A program made the translations under genes and the position numbers. DNA of 64,000 nucleotides, taken from contig CACYSU010000003.1 in NCBI GenBank assembly GCA_902777205.1, positions 95,492 through 159,491 of the forward strand, read 5' to 3'. Position 1 is the stretch's first letter. Each line of letters begins with the position of its first letter. Shown here one piece after another: positions 57,142-64,000 of this stretch. The notes under the pieces were generated by a model. The model was given only the letters and a program-made list of their open reading frames with translations, had not been told where the DNA came from and made no database searches. This DNA comes from an uncultured Rhodospirillales bacterium (GTDB lineage Bacteria; Pseudomonadota; Alphaproteobacteria; CAAGCB01; CAG-977).

Positions 57142-58662
57142 GTGCGATTTTTCACGGTTTTGATCTGTTGCCTGTGTCTGGTTTCGCCCGCGGCCGCGCG
57201 GGACGGCATGGTGCAAAAAATCCGCTATCCCGTCGCGGCGGGGACGTTTTATCCGCGCGATCCCGTCGAACTGGCGAAAAAAACAAAGGATTTGATCGAC
57301 GCCGCCGACCGCCGGCTGCGCCTGCCCGCGTCCGAAATCCCCAAGGCGATCGTCGTTCCCCACAACCTGTTTTATTTTTCGGGCGACACGGCGGCGGCCG
57401 GATACGCGGCCTTGCGCCGGCTGAAACCGTTTGTCAAACGTGTCGTGCTGATCGGTTCGTCGCATCAGGGCAAATATTTCGGCATTTCGCTGTCGGGGGC
57501 GCGGTATTGGGAAATGCCCGACCGCCGGTTCGAGGTGGATCAAGAGCTGACGCAAAAGCTGATGAAAATTCAGGGCATCGACTTTGACGACGCCGCGCAC
57601 GAAGCCGAATCGTCGCTGGAAGTCCAGCTGCCTTTCGTTTCCGCCGTTTTCAGCAAGGACGTTAAAATCGTCCCCGTTCTGGTCGAAGACGCCAGCACGG
57701 AACAGATTTCCGATTTGATGGACGCCGTTTGGGGCGGGCCCGAAACCGTCGTGATCGTTTCGACGGATATGGCGGCGGGCAAGGACGCGGCAAAGGTCGC
57801 GGCCGATGTTTCCGACACGGCGAAACTGATGGAACGCGAAGAGTATTCCAAAATCAGAAAACGGCATTTCTGCGCCTCTTTGCCGGTCGTCGGGCTGCTG
57901 GCGTATGTTCGGGAAAACGGTTTTTCCGTGCAGACGATCGAAACGGCGACCTCGGCGGACGCCGCGCTGAAAACGGACAAGACGGTCGGATTCGGCGCGT
58001 TCGGCGTTTACGAAACGGACGGCGGCGCGCAAACGGATCGGGTGCAGATGGAAAACGTTTTGCAGGCCAATCAGGAATCGCTGCTGCGCGTCGCGGCGCA
58101 GTCGATCGTGTCCGGTTTTGAACGCGGCCGCGCCCTGCGCGTGCGGGAAACGCGCTATCCCGAGGAATTGCGCCAGAAGGCGGCGACTTTCGTCAACATT
58201 TACTATAACGGCGCCCTGCGCGGCAGCGCGGGGTCGGAGGAACCGGACAGGTCGATACTGGACGATGTCGCCGAAAACGCCTACGCGGCAGCTTTTTCGG
58301 ATTTCCGGTTCATTCCGCTGACCGAGGAAGAATTTAAAAAGGCCGAAATCTCGATTTCCATTCTGACGCGGCCGACGCCCGTCCGTTTTGAAACCGAAGA
58401 GGAGCTGCTGGCCAAAATACAGCCGGAACGCGACGGGCTGATCCTGCGCGAACGGGCGAACAAAGCGCTGTTTTTGCCGCAGATCTGGCAGACTTTCCCG
58501 TCGCCGCGGGATTTTTTGGCGCATTTGAAACAAAAGGCCGGATTGTCCATGGATTACACATCGCCGACGCTGAAAGTGTACCGTTTCGACGTGATCGACA
58601 TCAACAGCGGCGATTTGGAGGATCCGGCGTCGATCTGGCTGCCGAAAGGGGGAAAACGATGA
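57142..58662 (+). CDS. Memo (AmmeMemoRadiSam B) - AMMECR1 (A) fusion with signal-like N-terminus
   Basis: RYPVAAGTFYP, SLEVQLPF, ATFV..GALRGS.G, AAFSD.RF, ALFLPQIW. Confidence 0.85.
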   Translation: MRFFTVLICCLCLVSPAAARDGMVQKIRYPVAAGTFYPRDPVELAKKTKDLIDAADRRLRLPASEIPKAIVVPHNLFYFSGDTAAAGYAALRRLKPFVKRVVLIGSSHQGKYFGISLSGARYWEMPDRRFEVDQELTQKLMKIQGIDFDDAAHEAESSLEVQLPFVSAVFSKDVKIVPVLVEDASTEQISDLMDAVWGGPETVVIVSTDMAAGKDAAKVAADVSDTAKLMEREEYSKIRKRHFCASLPVVGLLAYVRENGFSVQTIETATSADAALKTDKTVGFGAFGVYETDGGAQTDRVQMENVLQANQESLLRVAAQSIVSGFERGRALRVRETRYPEELRQKAATFVNIYYNGALRGSAGSEEPDRSILDDVAENAYAAAFSDFRFIPLTEEEFKKAEISISILTRPTPVRFETEEELLAKIQPERDGLILRERANKALFLPQIWQTFPSPRDFLAHLKQKAGLSMDYTSPTLKVYRFDVIDINSGDLEDPASIWLPKGGKR

Positions 58663-59087
58663 AAATTCTGTGGGTGGTCGCCGGCGCGCTGGTGACGCCG
58701 GATTATCGGGTCTTGCTGTCCCGCCGTCCGGCCGGAAAGAACTTGGCCGGTTTTTGGGAATACCCCGGCGGGAAAATCGAATCCGGCGAAACGCCCGAAC
58801 AGGCGCTGTGCCGCGAATTGGCCGAGGAATTGCGGCTGGACATCAATCCGCGCGACCTGACCCCGCTGTCGTTCGCGTCGCACGATTACGACGCGTTTCA
58901 TTTGGTGATGCCGCTGTTCGTGTGCCGCAAATGGGCGGGCGAACCCGTCGGCGCCGAAGGGCAGGGCATCGAATTCGTTGACGCGAAAACGGTCGGCGAA
59001 GATCCGGAAAAACACCCCATGGCGCCCGCCGATGTCGTTTTGTCGGACGCTTTGCGCGCGTGGACGCGGCGGCAAACATCGCTTTAA
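58659..59087 (+). CDS. mutT: NUDIX 8-oxo-dGTP diphosphatase
   Basis: WEYPGGKIESGETPEQALCRELAEEL. Confidence 0.9.
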   Translation: MKILWVVAGALVTPDYRVLLSRRPAGKNLAGFWEYPGGKIESGETPEQALCRELAEELRLDINPRDLTPLSFASHDYDAFHLVMPLFVCRKWAGEPVGAEGQGIEFVDAKTVGEDPEKHPMAPADVVLSDALRAWTRRQTSL

Positions 59088-59153
59088 AAAAAATTGATTG
59101 GCCGTGGACGGTGGTATATATTGTTTAAAACTTTTGATATTCGGATTTGAACA

Positions 59154-59729
59154 ATGACGGAAAAAACTCATTCAACTTTTATGCAAAGACTGCCGAACTA
59201 TCTGACGTTCATGCGCATTCTGGTCATCCCCGGCGTTGTCGCGTCGTTTTCGTTCCCCGGAACGGCGGCGGCGTGGATCGGGTGCGGGCTGTTCATCGCG
59301 GCGTCGATCACCGATTATTTCGACGGCTATCTGGCGCGCAAGTTCAAAAGCACGTCTTCGCTGGGGCGGATTTTCGACCCGATCGCGGACAAACTGCTGG
59401 TCGCGGCGACGCTGTTGATGATGGCGGCTTATGACCGTTTGGGATATACGGGGCTGTGGCCGGCGGTCGTGATTTTGTGCCGCGAAGTGCTGGTTTCCGG
59501 ATTGCGCGAGTTTTTGGCGGAAATCCGGATCGGGCTGCCCGTCACGCGGCTGGCGAAATGGAAAACCGGCATTCAGATGACGGCGATCCCGATGCTGATG
59601 GTCGCCGATTTTTCGCCGTGGTTCTGCTATTTCGGCGAAGTCGGCGAAGTGCTGATCTGGGTGGCGGCTTTGCTGACCGTGATCACGGGGTACGATTACC
59701 TGCGCGCCGGTTTGAAACATTTGGATTGA
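59154..59729 (+). CDS. pgsA: CDP-diacylglycerol--glycerol-3-phosphate 3-phosphatidyltransferase
   Basis: LPNYLT..RI, TDYFDGYLAR..G..FDPIADKLL. Confidence 0.95.
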   Translation: MTEKTHSTFMQRLPNYLTFMRILVIPGVVASFSFPGTAAAWIGCGLFIAASITDYFDGYLARKFKSTSSLGRIFDPIADKLLVAATLLMMAAYDRLGYTGLWPAVVILCREVLVSGLREFLAEIRIGLPVTRLAKWKTGIQMTAIPMLMVADFSPWFCYFGEVGEVLIWVAALLTVITGYDYLRAGLKHLD

Positions 59730-59743
59730 TTTTTCCCATCCCT

Positions 59744-59772
59744 TAAAAAAAACCCCGTTTCGGGGCTTTTTC
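59744..59772. terminator. Bidirectional terminator
   Basis: A8-CCCCG-ttt-CGGGG-CTTTTT between pgsA and murJ. Confidence 0.7.
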
Positions 59773-61364
59773 TATACCTTTTTGCGCTTCAGCCGGTTTT
59801 TCAGCATTTGCAGATCGACGCCGCCGGAAACCAGAACGCAAACGGTGAAAACAACTCCGCCCGCCGCGATCAACGCGGTCAGCGTGCCGAATTTGATCAG
59901 CGCGTCGCCGCGCGTCCAACCGGGGAACACGACATCCGCCCGTCCGTTCAATCCGTAAACGACCGCCGTCATAACCGCGCCGGACAGGATGATGGAACGC
60001 GCGCGCCGCCAAAACAGGGCGTCCGTTTGGTGCAGGTGCCGCTTTCTGATCCGCCAGACGTACTGGGCGACGTTGATCCACGCGACAATTCCCGTCGCCA
60101 GCGCGATGCCGACATAGCCGAACGCGGGCAGAAAAGCGGCGCACAATCCGACGTACAGTCCCAACGCCCACGCGGCGATGCGCACGGGCGTGACGGTGTC
60201 GCCGCGCGCGTAAAACACGGGGGCGAGCGTCTTTGTCAGGATATAGGCGGGCAATCCGGCGGCGTAGGCGCACAGGGCGACAGCGGTTTTCGCGGTGGCC
60301 GTCGCGTCGAACGCGCCGCGTTCAAACAAAACGGCGATGACCGGTTCGGCCAGAACGATCAGCCCCGCCATGGACGGCACGGACGCCAGCAGGGCGAATT
60401 CCAGCGCGCGGTTCAAGCTGCGGCGCGCCTGATCCGTTTCGCCGGATTTCAGCTGACGGGTCAAAATGGGCAGCAAAGCCGTGCCGATCGCCGCGCCGAT
60501 GATGCCGACGGGCAGCTGGTACAGCCGGTTGGCGTAATACAGCCACGATACCGCGCCGGTCGTCAGGAACGACACGAACAGCGTGTCCAAAAACAGGTTG
60601 ATCTGGTAAATCCCCGATCCGAAAACCCCCGGCAGGATGCGTTTCATCAACAGCCGCAATTCGTCGGATCTGTTTTTCAAAACGCTTGACACGCCGCGCA
60701 GCCCCAGCGGCACGCCAGCGCGCCGCGTGTGCCAGACCAGCCAGACCAGCTGGAACACGCCGGCCGCGGTGACGCCGGCGGACAGCGCGTAGCCGTAATT
60801 GCCGCCGAACAGCGGCGTGAACGCGAACAGCGCGGCGATCATCGTCACGTTCAATAAAACGGGGGTCAGCGCGGCGGCGGCGAACCGTCCCATCGAATTT
60901 AAAACGCCGCTTTGCAGGGAATTCAGCGACACCAGCAGCAAATAGGGGAACGTGATGCGCGACATGACGACGGCCGCGTCGAATTTCGCGGGTTCTTCGA
61001 CGAATCCGGGGGCTTGGATCATGATGAACAGCGGCATGGCGGCTTCGGCGACGGCGGTGAACGCCAGCACGATGTAGAACAGGGCGGAAAAGGCCTCTTC
61101 GGCGAATCGGCGGGCGGATTCGCGGCCTTTGGATTCCAGCTGTTCGGAAAACAGCGGGACGAAAGCGACGTTGAACGCCCCTTCGGCGAACAGGCTGCGG
61201 AACAGGTTGGGCAGTTTGAACGCGACGAAAAACGCGTCGGCGACCATGCCCGCGCCCAAAAAGTTTGCGATCAGCAAATCGCGGACGAAACCCAGCACGC
61301 GGCTGACCATCGTCCAGCCGCCGACCGTCAGAATGGATTTAATTACCGAAAGGGGAGCTGCCAT
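59772..61364 (-). CDS. murJ: Lipid II flippase MurJ (MviN)
   Basis: SRVLGFVRD, AFKLPNLFRSLFAEGAF, YYANRLYQLP. Confidence 0.95.
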   Translation of the reverse strand: MAAPLSVIKSILTVGGWTMVSRVLGFVRDLLIANFLGAGMVADAFFVAFKLPNLFRSLFAEGAFNVAFVPLFSEQLESKGRESARRFAEEAFSALFYIVLAFTAVAEAAMPLFIMIQAPGFVEEPAKFDAAVVMSRITFPYLLLVSLNSLQSGVLNSMGRFAAAALTPVLLNVTMIAALFAFTPLFGGNYGYALSAGVTAAGVFQLVWLVWHTRRAGVPLGLRGVSSVLKNRSDELRLLMKRILPGVFGSGIYQINLFLDTLFVSFLTTGAVSWLYYANRLYQLPVGIIGAAIGTALLPILTRQLKSGETDQARRSLNRALEFALLASVPSMAGLIVLAEPVIAVLFERGAFDATATAKTAVALCAYAAGLPAYILTKTLAPVFYARGDTVTPVRIAAWALGLYVGLCAAFLPAFGYVGIALATGIVAWINVAQYVWRIRKRHLHQTDALFWRRARSIILSGAVMTAVVYGLNGRADVVFPGWTRGDALIKFGTLTALIAAGGVVFTVCVLVSGGVDLQMLKNRLKRKKV

Positions 61365-63843
61365 TGATTGTGTCCAGTAAAGCTGTTTTGATTTGTTGAA
61401 TTTTGTCGTCGCCGGTGATTTTTTTGCCGTCGCTGCCGGTGACATAGAATACGTCCACGATGCGCGAACCGTAAGTGTAAACGTGCGCCGAAACGATGTT
61501 CAGGTTCAGTTTCGTCATCGTGTGCGTGACGGCGTGCAGAAAACCGACGCAGTCCGTGCCGTTGATTTCGATCAGCGTGCAGGAATCCGACGCGGCGTTG
61601 TTGATGAAAACGCGCGGCGGACACCACAGCATGGCGGCGGCGGGCGTTTTTTCGCGCTTCATCCGCAGCTTTGATTCGATTCCGGCTTGGTCGGCGAATT
61701 GGATGCCGTTGATCAGGCGCGCGATTTTCTTTTCGGAATCCAGCGGCTTTTTTTCGTTCAAGAGGTTGGTTTCCTGAATCAGAAAAGTGTCCAGAGCCAT
61801 GCCGTTTTCCAATGTCGCGATTTGCGCTTCGACGACGGAAACGTCCTCCAACGCCATGGCGCCCGTGATTTCGGCGAACAGCCCGTCGTGGTCGGGGGCG
61901 AGGACGATGAATTCCGTCACGCACCGTTCCGGATCGGTCGCGACGGAAAAGGCGTACTGCCCCGCCGCCGCCTTCGCCGCCAATTTTGCCTGCGCGGGGG
62001 TCAGACCGCGCGCGCGGCCGCCCGCCCCCTGCATTTTTTCCAAAGCGAAGGTATATAGATCGCTCATCAGTTTCGCTTTGAACGAATTCCACACGTTCGG
62101 GCCGACGGCCTTGATGTCCGCGACGGTCAGCGCGTACAACAGCTTCAGCCGTTCGGGGCTTTGGACGACGGCGACGAAGTCGGCGACGGTTTTCGGGTCG
62201 AAAATGTCGCGGCGGAAAGCGGTCCGGCTCATCATCAGATGATGCCCGACCAGCCAGACCAGCGTTTCGCTGTCGTCCTTGTCCAATTCCAGATCGGCGG
62301 CGATTTTTTCGGTCAGCTCCGCGCCTTTGGCGGCGTGTTCGCCCCCCAATCCCTTGCCGATGTCGTGCAGCAGCGCGCCCAGATACAGGATCAGCCGCGA
62401 TTCCGGCATCCTTTCCGGTTCCGTTTGCGCCAGACAGCCGATCGTTTTCAACGTGTGTTCGTCGGTCGTGTAAACGTGGTACAGGTCGAATTGGACTTGG
62501 GCGACGATGTTTTGAAATTCGGGGATCAGGCATCCCAGAACGCCCGTTTCCGTCATTTGGCGCAGCGCGGTTTCCGGATTGTCCGACAGCAGAATCTCGA
62601 ACAGGGCGCGGCGGGCTTCGGGCGTTTTGCGGATCCGCCGCACCAGCTTCGCGTTATCGGCGATCAGTTGCAACGCGCGCGGGTTCAGCGATTTGCCCAG
62701 CCGCTGACGCCAAACGAACGCCAGCAGCAACGCTTGCGGATTTTCGTTGAAATGCAGGTGGTCTTTGAACGCGACGCGATCGTTGACCAGATAAAAATCG
62801 GACGTTTCGGATATGGCGGATGCCGTGGCCGCCCCCTTTAACGCGTCCGTGATCGCGACGATGATCTGCCCCGACAGTTCGCCGACGGTTTTGCAGATCA
62901 GGTAGTAATGCTTCATAAACCGTTCGACGGCGGCTTGTCCCGTGCGGCCGAAATACCCCATCCGTTCGGCGATGCGTTTTTGCGCGTCGAACGTCAGGAT
63001 GTCGCCCGCCCTGCCGTTTAAAAAATGCAGGTGGCACCGGACGGTCGCCAGAAAGCGGTGCGCTTTCAAAAATTTATGACAGGCGACGGGGCTCAGGACG
63101 CCCAGCGGGATCAAATCGGGCATATCGGTGATGCCGTACAGGTATTTCGCCAGCCAGAACAGCAGGTGCAGGTCGCGCAGGCCGCCGCGTCCCTCTTTGA
63201 CGTTGGGTTCCAGCATATATTTCGACAATCCCATGCGTTGGTACCGGCGCGCGCGTTCGTCCAGCTTCGCATCGACAAAGCCGCGGCCGTCGTCGGATTC
63301 GCGCATCGTTTCATAGCGGGCGCAAAAATCGTCGAACACGTTTCGATCGCCCCACACCATCCGGCTTTCCAGCAAATTGGTGCGGATGCTGGCGTCGCGG
63401 GCGGCCTGTTCCATACATTCGGCGGGCGTGCGCGCGGACGCGCCGACCTTCATCCCCGCGTCCCACAGCAGCGAAGTCATGAACGCGATCATTTCCTTGT
63501 TTTCCGGCGTTTCGGCGTCGAACAGGAACAAAACGTCCACGTCCGAATACGGGGCGAGTTCGCGCCGGCCGTACCCGCCCACGGCGACCAGAGCCGTTCC
63601 TTTTCCGACGTTCGGAAAAACGTCGCGGTTCAGGAAATCCATGGTGTCCGCCAGCATGGAATCCAGCCGTCCGGCGTTCAGGAACATGGCTTCCAGTCCG
63701 CTGTTCTGCGGCGCGTTCAACGCCCGTTCCATATCGGCCAAAGCCGCCGCGCGATGCTGTTTCAGCAGCGAAACGACGGCCTGTTTCCGATTATCGTCGC
63801 CGGTTTCGCGCCACGCCCGTTCCAAATCGGATGCCAACGTCAT
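61339..63843 (-). CDS. glnD: [Protein-PII] uridylyltransferase
   Basis: AVGGYGR.EL.P.SDVD, EPNVKEGRGGLRD, HD domain, two ACT domains. Confidence 0.95.
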   Translation of the reverse strand: MTLASDLERAWRETGDDNRKQAVVSLLKQHRAAALADMERALNAPQNSGLEAMFLNAGRLDSMLADTMDFLNRDVFPNVGKGTALVAVGGYGRRELAPYSDVDVLFLFDAETPENKEMIAFMTSLLWDAGMKVGASARTPAECMEQAARDASIRTNLLESRMVWGDRNVFDDFCARYETMRESDDGRGFVDAKLDERARRYQRMGLSKYMLEPNVKEGRGGLRDLHLLFWLAKYLYGITDMPDLIPLGVLSPVACHKFLKAHRFLATVRCHLHFLNGRAGDILTFDAQKRIAERMGYFGRTGQAAVERFMKHYYLICKTVGELSGQIIVAITDALKGAATASAISETSDFYLVNDRVAFKDHLHFNENPQALLLAFVWRQRLGKSLNPRALQLIADNAKLVRRIRKTPEARRALFEILLSDNPETALRQMTETGVLGCLIPEFQNIVAQVQFDLYHVYTTDEHTLKTIGCLAQTEPERMPESRLILYLGALLHDIGKGLGGEHAAKGAELTEKIAADLELDKDDSETLVWLVGHHLMMSRTAFRRDIFDPKTVADFVAVVQSPERLKLLYALTVADIKAVGPNVWNSFKAKLMSDLYTFALEKMQGAGGRARGLTPAQAKLAAKAAAGQYAFSVATDPERCVTEFIVLAPDHDGLFAEITGAMALEDVSVVEAQIATLENGMALDTFLIQETNLLNEKKPLDSEKKIARLINGIQFADQAGIESKLRMKREKTPAAAMLWCPPRVFINNAASDSCTLIEINGTDCVGFLHAVTHTMTKLNLNIVSAHVYTYGSRIVDVFYVTGSDGKKITGDDKIQQIKTALLDTINGSSPFGN

Positions 63844-64000
63844 TTCCGCTCTTCCGCCAGTTGTTTCAAACGGTAGAGTTCGTCCAGCGCCTCGCGCGGG
63901 GTCAGGTTGTCGGGCTGGATTTTTTTCAACGCCTCGACGACGGGGGAGGGCGCGGCGTTTTGTTCCGCCGCCTGCTGTTCCGTGTCGGCCTTTTTCTTGA
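63840..64000 (-). CDS. mutS: DNA mismatch repair protein MutS, C-terminal fragment (partial)
   Basis: Minus strand ...LKKIQPDNLTPREALDELYRLKQLAEERK*; stop overlaps the glnD ATG. Confidence 0.85.
   Translation of the reverse strand, partial: KKKADTEQQAAEQNAAPSPVVEALKKIQPDNLTPREALDELYRLKQLAEERK

Overview
Window from an alphaproteobacterial chromosome. This is inferred from the gene orders rplU-rpmA-obgE-proB-proA-nadD-rsfS-rlmH and mutS-glnD-murJ and from a GTTC-N7-GTTC LexA box. Positions 1 to ~42890 are the right part of an integrative conjugative element (ICE) abutting the 3' end of tRNA-Arg(ACG). No integrase or virB2-B5 is seen, so these presumably lie left of the window. The element carries five blocks. 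(i) An RloA/RloB-type ATPase pair. (ii) A virB8-B9-B10-[DinJ/YafQ]-Cys-repeat protein-virB11-virD4-virB6 T4SS block. (iii) A ~25 kb cargo headed by an Mpi-like serine invertase and an apparently catalytically dead paralog. It encodes surface-glycan enzymes, a 3-amino-sugar pathway and an ACP/FabH/FabG/split-transketolase/LuxE-LuxC acyl pathway, and ends with an orphan T7-type tail fibre plus chaperone. (iv) MOBP relaxase, MobC and an oriT with a TATCCTG^C nick site. (v) A leading region with two copies of a ~227 bp double-hairpin element in front of ardC and a DUF2958 gene, three tandem sRNA-like units, a LexA-controlled Y-family polymerase/YolD cassette and HU. Positions 42968-64000 are mostly housekeeping backbone. 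All product calls come from motif recognition by eye, not database searches.
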